DNA from: Octopus vulgaris
Lineage: Eukaryota
Reading direction: 5' to 3'
Length of the DNA: 64,000 nucleotides
Assembly: GCA_951406725.2 (NCBI GenBank)
Contig: OX597820.1
Span: 103,230,001-103,294,000, forward strand
Part shown: piece by piece, positions 39,215-51,595 of the stretch
Numbering within the stretch: position 1 is the first letter of the stretch
Layout of the letters: every line of letters starts with the position of its first letter
Notes under the pieces: generated by a model
What the model saw: only the letters and a program-made list of their open reading frames with translations
Databases searched by the model: none
What the model was told of the DNA's origin: nothing
Program-made: the position numbers and the translations under genes

Positions 39215-40676
39215 TTTATAGCATGTATGTGTGTGTCTTTATGCCTGTGTTTGTTCCTTGTCACCACTTGACAACCAATGGTGGATTGTTTATTTCCCTG
39301 TAACTTAATGGCTTGGCAAAAGGGACCAATAAAATAACCACCAGGCTTTAAAATAAGTACTGAGGTCAATCCATTCAATTAAAAATTCTTCAAGGCAGTG
39401 CCCCAGCATGGCCACAGTCTAATGACTGGAACAAGTAAATAAACAAAGAAGATAATCACTGATATTGTTAAGATATGATACATATTGTTGTTTACAAGCA
39501 CACACGTGTTATACTCTGTTGTTTATGATTATTGATTAGAGACAAACATGGCAATACACAAGCTGCATATAATATATTGCAATGTTTGTTAAATAGAATA
39601 ACCGGAAATGCTGTTGTCATTGTGTGAAAAGTAATTTTCAAAATACTAACCCTTTAGCATTTAAACAAGCTATATCCAGCCAAAACTTTCTACCAGTTCT
39701 ATGTCCAAACTGGCCAAAATCTGACTTCTTATGCCTACTCTAAAAATAAATAATCACATCGTTGAAATCTCAAAGCTATGAGATAATGCATGATTAATTT
39801 AAAACAAAGTGAATAAATAAGCATTACATTTGGCAAAATAATTTGAATGCTAAAGGGTTAATGTGCACAATGAACACCATTCCTCATATTCTGACAGATA
39901 ATGGAAACACTTTTTTCAGCAAGAATGGAAATATCCTAACCTTTACTGCTGAAAACAAGAAGATTGCAATTTATTATTATTCAAGCCTCAGATTACATAT
40001 GCTCATTGTTTTGAATTGATCATGCATTATCTCATAGCTTTGAGATTTTGGTGATGTGATTGTTTATTTTTTGAATGACATAGGGTAGGTGTGAGAAGTC
40101 AGACCCAACCAGTATGAACATAGAACAGGTAGAATTTTGGGGCCAGATATGGTCACTTTGAATGCTAAAAGGTTAGGTCAGGGTGAAACAAATATTTTTT
40201 AATTGGGCTTAGGTTATATGATCATGTGACTGACCAAACTATCAGATGCTGTTACATATTACTGGTCACAATGCACTTTGCATTGTTTTAGCCATCAAAG
40301 AGTGCATTGTAAAGCTGAAATCTACTTGAGTATTAGTTAGAACAGTGGTTCTCAACATTTTTTGATACCTATTTTATTCTAGTAGACATCCATAGCCATT
40401 CAGTGTTTAAAAAGATCTTCAGAGTGGTTGGTGTTAGGAAGGGTATCCAGCCGTAAAATTCCTGCCATAACAGAGGTAGTTATTTTACCTGGCCAGCTTC
40501 TCTCAACCATCCTACCCATGCATGCATGGAAATGGACATTAAACAATGATGGTGATAAGATGTTCAAATTCTAATTTCATGTTTTGGCTCTGGTGTAGCT
40601 TTCCCCATTCTCTCCATATAATTGATTATTTTTCAATTGTTTGTTATTTTTGTTTATTTCCAATTTTCCTTTTTGA

Positions 40677-40707
<31 letters not shown>

Positions 40708-40709
40708 TT

Positions 40710-40745
<36 letters not shown>

Positions 40746-40831
40746 ATCCAAACATGAAAGCACAAAAAAACACAACAATGCGAGGACGTGGAACAATTAT
40801 AGTATTATTGGACGCTCAGGAAAGAAGGAGG

Positions 40832-40866
40832 GTTTAACGTTTCGAGCGGAGCTCTTCGTCGGAAAC
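40832..40866 (-). ncRNA. Very compact hammerhead-like motif with a core variant, in a ~195-bp insert within (TA)n
   Basis: GUUU-CCGACGA-A-GAGC-UCC-GCUC-GAAAC-GUU-AAAC; C replaces the conserved core U. Confidence 0.65.
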
Positions 40867-40933
40867 ATAGAAGAAGGAAAGATCCAGAGAAGGGAAGACA
40901 GGGGGAAAAAAATCGCCAACGGTACACACGAGG

Positions 40934-40979
<46 letters not shown>

Positions 40980-41840
40980 ATATCATCATCATCATCATTT
41001 AGCATCTGCTTTCTATGTTGGCATGGGTTAAATGGCTTGACTGAAACCGGTAAGCTGGAGAGCTGCACCAGGTTCCAATCTGATTTGGCATGGTTTCTAT
41101 GGCTTATTGCCCATTTTCATGCCAAATGATGATATAAAATTCAGAATTACATCTCTACACTTCGAATTTTTACTTATCTCAGCTTTTTATTCATTTATTA
41201 TTTTTTTCTTTATAAATTGTTACTTTTGTATATTAAACACATCCAATATATCATTCTGATTTCTTCATCAGTAATTAGCTTATGACTGAGCGTAACAAGG
41301 TTTCAAGACATTCAGTGGTGGTAATGTTAGGAAGATATTAATCTTTTATTTATAAAGTGTGTGCATTGTTGCTTAGTTCTTGGTCAAAGTTGATTGAGAA
41401 AATATACCATTAAAGTCATATCAATTATAACCGTCCTGTCTTGGGGAGGGTTTTTTTTTTTTCAGTCCTAATACATCTCAGACTACACTATCCAATTTCA
41501 AGACAGCTGAGTAGTTGGTTATTTGACCCTATGTCAGTACTAACTGAAAAGATTAATGATTAAAGATGCTTGAATGATGACCAACCCTTCAAATGGCTGC
41601 ATTATCAAGTGTGTCCTTAACTTTTCAAGTCAGTAAGTTGTAAATTAGGGCAAAATTTAGATATTTTCTTCACTGGCATTGGTTAATTTATATGTATATA
41701 TTTATATGAACTATACATATAATTTTGTTAAGGTTATTTCTAAAGATATTCTATAGAACTTATTACCAGCACTGACTCTTGCTACATTTCATTTTGAGAC
41801 GTTAGATGTAAACAGACGTGATCTAAGACAAAAGTGGGTA

Positions 41841-41892
41841 ATGAGTGTATATGCCATATTTCAGGGGTTATTGCCCCTTCTTCAGTACTCAT
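41841..41892 (-). ncRNA. Minimal hammerhead motif, slightly decayed
   Basis: AUGAGU-A-CUGAAGA-AGGGG-CAAUAA-CCCCU-GAAA-UAUGGCAUA-UA-C-ACUCAU. Confidence 0.7.
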
Positions 41893-42004
41893 CTAACTCA
41901 CTATTGCCTTTGAACACAGTGCTTATATAGCCACTGCATACAGCGGTGTTAAGTTATTGGCTATACCAATTTACATATTAGAGGCATTCCTGGGGCTGGT
42001 ATAT

Positions 42005-42265
42005 AAGCATTAAAGTTTTGTAGGTATGTGATACTTCATCATGCAAGCAATAAGGTATACTAAATGATTTCATTAGTCAGTACCATATTCTATTGCGCCA
42101 GCAGTGCTATTACATTATTTTTTTAAGGTTATTTCTACAAAATAATGTAAGAGCACTGCTGGCACAATAGAACTTGGTACTGACTAATGAAAACATTTAG
42201 TATACCTTATAGTATATTGTGTTTGCATAACAAAATACCACATACCTACTAATCATTAATGTATA
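42005..42265. repeat. Foldback (hairpin) in FICD intron 1
   Basis: 42050-42121 is a near-perfect reverse complement of 42138-42210, with weaker outer extension. Confidence 0.85.
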
Positions 42266-43742
42266 CATAATGTACTTACATATAATGGTCATTACTTGTA
42301 GTCTAAAAAATTTGCTGCTTATTAATTTCTCATTGACTCTGGTTAATTGTTGATGTATACAAATGTTGAACAACTGGCCTCAGAGCTGTATTTGGACTTT
42401 GCTACATTAATACTTCCTATATTAAAAAAGTGGTAATTTTTATTCTTCAGGAGACTCGGGTGTGCATTTCGTTTTTCTTTGTCTCTGAAAAAATTTTAAT
42501 TTCTCTTAAGATTAACTGGCACTGTCGTTATCTTTGCATATTATGTATTATCCTAGTAGTCTTTATTGTAACATGAGTTATAGTTTAATTGCTGCTGTGA
42601 TTTTTCTTTCTTTGTGATAAGCACATATGTTGTGAGAGGGAATGTTTTTCTATGTACTTGCATACACATGCATGTGCCACCGAGTACAGAAACAGCTGTA
42701 AAGAAAACATATCCAACTGGAAGGTTTGTCAAAATACCATGGGGATGTGAAATAGTAACAAGTGTTCATTTACTAACTGAATTATGGTGGTAGCTAATTA
42801 TTAGTTCATCAGAATAACTAGCTGTTGACCATCTGATATTATGAGAATAAGAGATCTTTATTCTATTGAAATACAATGGTGAATAAAATCCAATCAAGAT
42901 TATTATTGAGAGGTTTAATGGAAATATTTCCATAATTTTTTAACTTGTTTCAGTCTTTAGACTGTGGCCATGCTGGGGCACCTTCTTGAATAATTTTTAG
43001 TCAAATGAATTAATCCCAGTGTTTATTTTTTTTTAAAGCCTGGTATTTATTTTATTGGTCTCGTTCACTGAACCACTAAGTTACAGGAATGTGAACACAC
43101 CATCACTGGTTATCAAGCAGTGGTGGGGATGAATACAGACACACATACACACACACACACACACACTGGGCTTCCTTCAGTTTCTGTCTACCAGATTCAC
43201 TTTGAAGATTTTGGTCAGCCTGAAGCTATAGCAGAAGACACTTGACCAAGGTGCAGTGAAACTGAACTCAGAACCATGTGACTAGGAAGCAAGCTTCTTA
43301 CCAAACAGCCAAGCAATTTCTTAATTGTCATTGTGAGAAGGAAAATGTCTTTCCAAGCAAAGTATATCAAATTTTCAAGGAACATTCGATTGGTTTTTGA
43401 CATAGAAATTAATTTGTAATATTTTGTTAAGCAGTGATTTTCTACTTTTTTGCTTTTTATCGATGTTTATTTCTCCGAGTTTCATTGCAATATTTTATCT
43501 GCCCTCTGTGTGTCTACTGGTTATATTTAGATACAATTTTTATCTAATCGTCTGTTAAGTTCTATAATTTTTAGTCCCTGTTATATATTTATAAGGTTTC
43601 ACCACTCACTCCTAAATTATATATCAGGTTGAAGCTACTAAAATTAACAAACATTTTTTGATAGAAATCATTGCAAGTATATGTTGTCAAATATATATTG
43701 TTCTTTTTCTAAGCTTGACTTTTTTTTTGTGTGTGTTAACAG

Positions 43743-43939
43743 AAGTTAAAAAAGAAGCCTTAACAGCCTTGAATCTTGCTATGGATATGTTTGCCCAAGG
43801 CAAAAATGAAAAAGCCCTGAAGCTCTTTCAGCATGCTATTGCTCTGGATCCTCTGCATGCCGATATCTTGAATGAATACGGAGAGTTCATAGAAAAACAC
43901 GAGAAAGATATTGTTCTTGCCAATCACCTCTACAGCAAA
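43743..43939 (+). CDS. FICD: FICD exon 2 (TPR region)
   Basis: aacag|AA GTT; EVKKEALTALNLA...KALKLFQHAIALDPLHADILNEYGEFIE...LYSK|gtaagt. Confidence 0.95.
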
Positions 43940-43956
43940 GTAAGTCACTTATTTAA

Positions 43957-44173
43957 CCCTTAAGCATTTAAACGGCCATATCTGGCTCAAATATTCTACC
44001 TTTTTTTATATTCAAACCAGCCAGATCCAGCCTCTTACACTTGCCCTGTGGTACAATTCTCAAAGAAATACTATATCATCAAAATCTTGAAGTGACAAGA
44101 TAACGCCTGACTAGTTCAATTGATGTAAATAAATAATCATTACATATGACAGAGTAATCTGAATACTAAAGGG
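43957..44173. mobile_element. piggyBac-like MITE in FICD intron 2
   Basis: TTAA|CCCTTAAGCATT...AATACTAAAGGG|TTAA. Confidence 0.85.
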
Positions 44174-44397
44174 TTAAGGAGCATTTGCTACTTTTCTTTT
44201 ATAACTTTTGTTCAATATTACTTTTTTAACATTTGATTGTTTACTTCGGATGATTGACCTTTGTGCCTAAAATATAAAAATTACTAAACTTTTTCTTGTC
44301 TGTAAAATCTTTCTGTTTTCACTATTTTACTATTTTACTTCTTTATGACAATGCTTCACATAAGCTACAATACTTTTATTTTTTCTATTGTTTTTAG

Positions 44398-45297
44398 GCT
44401 TTGATACTGAGACCTACTCACAGCAAAGCTGTGATAAACTGCAAGAGGACAATGCCAATTGTTGAAGAAATTGATCAGACTTGTTTCAATCGGATTGACA
44501 AAAAGCGAGATAGATTGTATAAAATTCCTTCCAACCATCCTGGGATAAGACGTGCCAAAAAAGAAACTTATTATCTTCATATTTATCATACAAATGCAAT
44601 AGAAGGAAATACACTGACTCTCGAACAGACTCGGGCAATTATTGAAACACGGATGGCAATAGGAGGCAAGAGTCTGCATGAACAAAATGAAGTTATTGGT
44701 ATTGATGCTGCCTTAGGGTTTATGAACAATAGTTTGTTAGCCAAGGCTGGAAACATAAATCTAGATGATATTCTGGAGGTTCACAAGCGAGTGCTTGGCT
44801 TTGTTGATCCTACAGAAGGTGGTCGCCTTCGGCGCTCACAAGTCTTTGTTGGACATTTTAAGCCGCCTCCTTCAAAAGAACTACCAGAACTTATGAAGGA
44901 ATTTATTTTATGGTTGAATTCTGAAGAAGTTTCCAAAATTCACCCAATTGAATATGCAGCTCTTGCTCACTATAAATTAGTCACTATTCATCCGTTTTAT
45001 GATGGAAATGGCAGGACATCCAGACTTCTCATGAATCTCATACTTATGCAAGCTGGCTTTCCTCCAGTCTCAATCAAAGTCGAAGATCGTTATCGTTATT
45101 ATGAAACATTAGAAATGGCAAATGAAGGCGATATTCGACCGTTCATACGCTTCATTGCTGAATGTACTGAAAGAACTGTTGATGAATTTTTGTTAGCCGC
45201 TGTCGAACATTCATCAAATGATACATTATCACTGGCTACCATACCAGAGGTTTCTGATAGTGACCAAAGACGAATTGTCATAAATAACTACCCCTAG
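44398..45297 (+). CDS. FICD: FICD exon 3 (Fic domain)
   Basis: tttag|GCT; autoinhibitory TNAIEGN motif, Fic motif HPFYDGNGRTSR, GDIRPFIRFIAECTE; TAG stop. Confidence 0.98.
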   Translation, partial: ALILRPTHSKAVINCKRTMPIVEEIDQTCFNRIDKKRDRLYKIPSNHPGIRRAKKETYYLHIYHTNAIEGNTLTLEQTRAIIETRMAIGGKSLHEQNEVIGIDAALGFMNNSLLAKAGNINLDDILEVHKRVLGFVDPTEGGRLRRSQVFVGHFKPPPSKELPELMKEFILWLNSEEVSKIHPIEYAALAHYKLVTIHPFYDGNGRTSRLLMNLILMQAGFPPVSIKVEDRYRYYETLEMANEGDIRPFIRFIAECTERTVDEFLLAAVEHSSNDTLSLATIPEVSDSDQRRIVINNYP

Positions 45298-45643
45298 GCT
45301 ATCTAATAGTATTCTGTTCTATTTTTTTAAGTCTCTCATGTTGTTCTCACCATGTCTTATTTATATTTTATTTTATTTCATTTTTTTTATTTTCTGCATA
45401 TGTTTAATAATTTATTATTACAAATTCAGAAATAACCTGATTTTTTTTTTTGCGTGTGTGTGTGTGTGTTTAATTGTTTGTAAAACAAAAAGAAAGGGAA
45501 CAAATGTGTACAAGTATGTACGTTTATGTTGACTACATAAATATAGGTTTATACTCATGAAGTTTGGTACATGTTTAGTTCAAGGCCCTGTTGTAGTGCA
45601 CATTGTGTGGTGTATATATGTGAATAAGTATATATAATATGTA

Positions 45644-45700
<57 letters not shown>

Positions 45701-47049
45701 CATACATATATATGTGCATATATTTAATACAGATATATAATACACATGCACACACATATATATATATAAATGTACACACACAAACAAAAATATGTTCTTT
45801 TATTGGTTAGTCCTTGGCCTGATCAAGCTGGGGCACTGCCTTCAAAGGTTGCATTGATTGCATCAGCTCCAGTTCTTATGTCAATCAGATTCTTACTTTA
45901 CTAATCTATATTTATCACATTGACACCATACCAGTTTTACAATAGTTTATGTAAAAACAAACCCCGTTTATACTAGTATTTAAGAGGACAATTCCTGTAT
46001 AAAATCTAAACCTTGAATTCAGCAATGTACAGTGAGTTGTTGGTATGCTAGCATGTGCAGTAGGTTTTTAGCAGTAAGTTGTGATGGTTGATAGTAGGCT
46101 AAACCTCAGTTCTAGTATCCACTGATATATCTTATAGGCCTAGTCATCTTATACACCATTATACATGGTGTGTTTGTTTGCTTGTGTAATAGTTATATTT
46201 ATACATGTTGGTTTTTGTCCTTTCTCTGTATTTGAGGCCTCAATGTCCTGTCAGTCTATAGATCAGAACTAGGAAAGCTCCTTACTTACGCACATGCCTG
46301 GACAATATATTATTTATCATTATTATTATTGCTGCTGCTGCTATGACGAGCTGGCAGAATTGTTAGCACACTAGACAAAATGCTTAGTGGTATTTCACCT
46401 GTCTTTACATTCTGAGTTCAAATTCCTCCAAGGTCATCTTTGCCTTTCATCCTTTCGAAGTCGATAACTTAGGTACCAGTTAAGCACTGGGATTGATGTG
46501 GTCGACTTACCCCCTCCCCACAAATTTCAGGCCTTGTGCCTATTGTAGAAAGGATTATTATTATTATTATTAATTGAAGGCCACCTGTTATCAAAACATA
46601 CAGTCTTACTTCTTCATGCCACCAATGATATTCAATAAAAAGGCAAAGGTCTATACTGCTTGGTACCGGTGATGTCATAGGGTTTACCTTCTGATTGCAA
46701 ATACACGAAACATGTATTGTTAACCATAGTATTCATTGCCTTGATAATTCTGTCAACTAACACACCCTCTCTACCCTATCCCACCCCACACACACTGGAC
46801 TGGTATTTTATTTATTTATTGACCCCGAAAAGATGAAAGGTAAAATTGATCTCTGGGATGATTTAAATTCACAAAACAGACAGCCCAAACAAATACTGCA
46901 AGGTTCTATCTGATGCTGTAATGATTCTTTTAATTCTTTTAAATTTTTTTTTCCTTAGTTTTTGTATTATTCGAATGCGGTTCAACCTCTGCTAGAAATG
47001 CATTTTATAGTCACCCTTCATCAACAATGAGTCAAGTAAGGAAGCACAA

Positions 47050-48310
47050 TACATGCATAAGTACACAGACATGGACAATAAAAGATTCATATAGAGGAAA
47101 GGGTGTGCAGATAAATCTATACACCAAGAGAGTAGTCTTGGTGAATTTCAGAAAGCAAGTTATCTATGCAGCATAACAGCGTCCTCATAGCTAACAATTG
47201 ATGGCAGTAGTTTTTTCCATGCTTCAACTATTCTGAGCTGGGAAAAAATTGTTTCTAACTCATGGGTGCTTTGGTGTTTTTGATTTTGTCATAAGTGTCT
47301 TAATAAGTAGCAGAATTATTAAATTTAAAAAAAAGTGGCCAAAGTAATTGTTGGAAAGATGGTGTATCATTTTTTGGGCTTCTTTCAACTCAGCTACTCG
47401 ACTGATACAAGGTATTCCTCTAGTTCCATGTCTAGTAAATTTATATTCTGAATAAGATGGATTTCAGACTGGAGATGCAAATTGTAAGAGTGGACATACC
47501 ATGGCCATATATACTGGCATGGATTGGATATGTCTGTATGTATGTTAGGATGAATGAGTGGTCCACTAACAAGGAGGTTTTGGGGTTCAAATCCTATGAA
47601 CTTTTTGGATGATTTTAAAAATGCTCTTTGTTTAATGCAGATCATTGTTGACAATAATGCTTAGGTTTTTACCTGCTCAGGTTCTGAAGGGAACATCTAC
47701 ATTCCAGGTTTTTTCCCTTCCAAAACGTATAATTGTTTGCTTGTTTACAGTTAGCTTGACTTATCAGTCAGTAATCCATTAACACAATATTTCCATGTCT
47801 GATTACAAGTAGATCCATTATTTTTATCTCAAGGTACAGCTTAATGTCATTTGCTTATTTTAATATAGAAACATGCTTTAAGTTAACACTTGTTTCATTA
47901 ATACATGCATTAAATAACAGGGGACCAAAACAGATGCCATTGCACTGAGTGCAGAATTTTGTCTTAGAAATATTACTACTTTTTTTGATCAAGAATGAAG
48001 AACTTCAACCAGTTATAATGACTAGGTGTCATGTTCATTGCTGTGATCTTCTACATCAGTTGTTTGTATGACTTAGAAAGGCTTAAGTAAAGTTGAAATA
48101 ACACCACTCATGAGCTGCCATCTGTGATTCAGGAGTCTTCACACTTGAAGTGGTGTTATAACATTGCAAGAGTAAATTGAATAGACGTTAGAGAATTTGG
48201 TGTCAGTAGTACTGAAGATGGTACTTTAGGATTTTCAGCAATGAATATCAGCATAGCATTTGGCCATAAGCTCTGTGCATTCTTTGGGAGCATCAGTAAT
48301 CTGATGTGTG
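47050..48310 (-). mobile_element. Decayed CR1-like LINE fragment
   Basis: Fragmentary similarity to the CR1 ORF2 C-terminal region; many stops and frameshifts. Confidence 0.45.
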
Positions 48311-49092
48311 TGGAGATTGTCCGGGGGAGGGAGGGCGGGGGGGGGAGGGCTGATTGGCAAGTGAGGTCTACATAGTATTCATATGAGTGGATGAATAACT
48401 ATATATAATATGTCTATGTATGTCATCATCATTTAACATGTTTTCCATGCTGGCATAGGTTGGATGGCTTGACAGGAGCTGGCAAGGCCAGGGGCCGCAC
48501 CTAGTTCTGTTGTCTGTTTCCGCTTGGTTTCTACAGCTGGATGTTCTTCCTAATGCCAACCACTTTACTGAATGTATTGAGTGCTTTTTATGAGGCACCT
48601 TGGTTTTAAGATATCAATTCTGTTTAAGATATCAATTCTGGAAGGGTCTTGTACCACATATCCAAGTCCTCTGTCCTCAGTGTGCATATATGCATATATA
48701 TTTGTGCATGTGTGTGTGTGTGTATACATATATATATATATATATGAAGGTGCATGGCTCAGTAGGTAGAGCGTTGAGCTCATAATCATGAGATAGTGAG
48801 CTCAATTCCCAAACCGAGCTGTGTGTTGTGTTCTTGAGCAAGACACTTTATTTCACGTTGCTCCAGTTCACTCAGCTGAAGAAATGAGTTGCGATGTCAC
48901 TGGTGCCAAGCTGTATCGGCTTTTGTCTTTCCTTTGGATAACATCAGTGGCATGGAGAGTGGAGGCTGGTGTGTATGGGCGACTGCCGGTCTTCTGTAAA
49001 CAATTTTGCCTGGACTTGTGCCTCGGAGAGTAACTTCATAGGTGCAATCCCATGGTCATTCATGACCAAAAGGGATCTTTACCCTTTACTCC

Positions 49093-49093
49093 T

Positions 49094-49139
<46 letters not shown>

Positions 49140-49700
49140 GTCTATATATATATATATGTATATATGTATATATATGTATATATGTATATATATATATATG
49201 TATATATATGTGTATGTATACATATATATGTATATATATGTGTATGTATATATATATGTGTATGTATATATATATATGTATATATATATGTGTATGTATA
49301 TATATATGTGTATATATATGTGTATGTATATGTGTATATATATGTGTATGTATATGTATATATATATGTATGTATATGTATATATATGTGTATATATATG
49401 TATATATATGTGTATATATATGTATATGTATATGTGTATATATGTGTATATGTATATATATATGTATATGTATATATATGTATATGTATATATATGTATA
49501 TGTATGTATATGTATATATATGTATATATATATGTATGTGTATGTATATATATATGTATGTGTATGTATATGTATGTATGTGTATGTATATATATGTATA
49601 TGTATATATGTATGTATATTGTGTATATATATATATATGTACATATATATATGTATATATATAAATGTGTATGTATGTATACGTATGTATACAGATAGAT
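49093..49700. repeat. ~600-bp compound (TA)/(TATG)/(TG) microsatellite
   Basis: Direct reading; source of the long Y/I/V/M/C ORFs in the track. Confidence 0.97.
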
Positions 49701-50276
49701 GCATATTTATGTATGTATACGAATAGATGCATATGTGCATATGTTTGTGTGTATGCATGTATGTATCTGTCTAGCCATATATCTATGTATGTGTCCACAC
49801 ACACACACACACATGCTCAATAATCAGCATTTGGATCATCACTCAAGATTTCCTCCTGTGCATCTTGGAGTATCTTTAAGCTAATTTATATAAGACAATA
49901 TGTAGATGAAAGAATATTTCTGTGAGGATGAAGGATTTGTTGGAATAGTGACTTGTGTGGAACCTGGGAGTGGAGATGAGTTAGAATACAGTTCACTACA
50001 AATCTAGAGGAGCTGAGGCAGTTGTAGTAATAATTAGATTTAACAGAAAGTAGGGATGAGATAGCATATCTTGTAGACCTATGGTTTTGATATAGTGAGT
50101 GTTTACTAATCAGGCAGATATATTTATTCTAAATGTGGTCGAGGATGTCTGTATATGTATCAGCAATAGCAGTGTCATATTGTGTGCCTCACATGGACTT
50201 TGTGAAGCGTCAACAATTGATCAGTGTATATATGCAATATGAGCCATTAATGAAAGCACTATATATATATATATAT

Positions 50277-50429
50277 GTGGCTGTGTGGTAAGTAGCTTAC
50301 TTACCAACCACATAGTTCCGGGTTCATTCCCACTGCATGGCACCTTGGGCAAGTGTCTTCTACTGTAGCCTCGGGTCGACCAAAGCCTTGTGAGTGGATT
50401 TGGTAGACGGAAACTGAAAGAAGCTTGTC

Positions 50430-50479
<50 letters not shown>

Positions 50480-50683
50480 GTTTGTGTGACTGTGTTTGTC
50501 CCCCCAACATCGCTTGACAACCAATAGTGGTGTGTTTATGTCCCTGTAACTTAGTGGTTCGGCAAAAGAGACCGATAGAATAAGTACTAGGCTTCCAAAG
50601 AATAAGTCCTGGGGTCAATTTGCTCGACTAAAGGTGGTGCTCCAGCATGGCCACAGTCAAATGACTGAAACAAGTAAAAGAGA
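50277..50683 (+). mobile_element. tRNA/CORE-type SINE (family A)
   Basis: Reverse complement of the 8133-type copies. Confidence 0.9.
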
Positions 50684-51557
50684 ATATTTAGAGATAGAGA
50701 TATTTTTTTTATATATCTTTATTTTCTCCATACATTGACAAACTGAATATGTTCAAATATGACAGCTACACTGCTTGGAATTTATTTTGTACTTTTGACT
50801 TATTTTCTGGTTCTAGTTCCTGTTATTATGTCACTGCTGTTTTTGTGGTTGTTTAGTCTCCTGTTAGGTTTAATCTGCAAATCGTTGCTCAAAAGCATTC
50901 CAGCAATGGCCATTATCCATTATCTTAGTCTTCATACTTCTTTTTGCAGAGCAATAAGATGTTATTTGAAAGGGACTTGGCCAGTGTTTCTATCAGGTTG
51001 AATGACCAAGTTATTTTATATAAATTCATCCTTAACTACATTGAGATATTCTGTAAAAATCAAATGGGATTTCTCTTCTTTTCTATTATTTTATTTCCTG
51101 CCAGAATTCATTGTCAGTGCAAGATTTAAATTGTCATAAATTATTGTTACATGGAATTCCAGTCCATTGCCATTGCAGGTGTACCTATTTACATTTGAAT
51201 GGACTGGAGCAACATACCAATGAAGTGCTCATCACACACCCTACCAAGATTCTATAACATGTTTAGCACCAAGTCAGTATGAGGGCATATTGTTTTGAAA
51301 AGTAACCAAGGATGCTACACATTACCAGTGATAGCATACAAACTGACAATTGCTTGACTAATTCATTAACACCCTTTCGAGTTGGTTACCTTTGGATTTT
51401 ACATATGTTCTTTTACATATGTCATCATTTGATGAATTTTTAGTGAATTTGTATCTAATCTCATGGCACAAATTTTATATTAGATACTGAAGTTAATTCA
51501 TTATTCCAGTCAATACAGATCATTTGCATATCTTGTGTATATGTGTGTGTATATATT

Positions 51558-51595
<38 letters not shown>

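Noticed and set aside
44398-45297. Horizontally acquired bacterial Fic toxin
   Set aside because: It is spliced to TM and TPR exons and matches the ordinary metazoan FICD architecture.
48746-48815. Possible tRNA gene (also at 290-356 and 32878-32937)
   Set aside because: There is no proper acceptor stem, and each continues into a repeat body, so these are SINE heads.
48969-49810. Five long overlapping ORFs of 188-232 aa
   Set aside because: They are translations of a stop-free TA/TG microsatellite, not genes.
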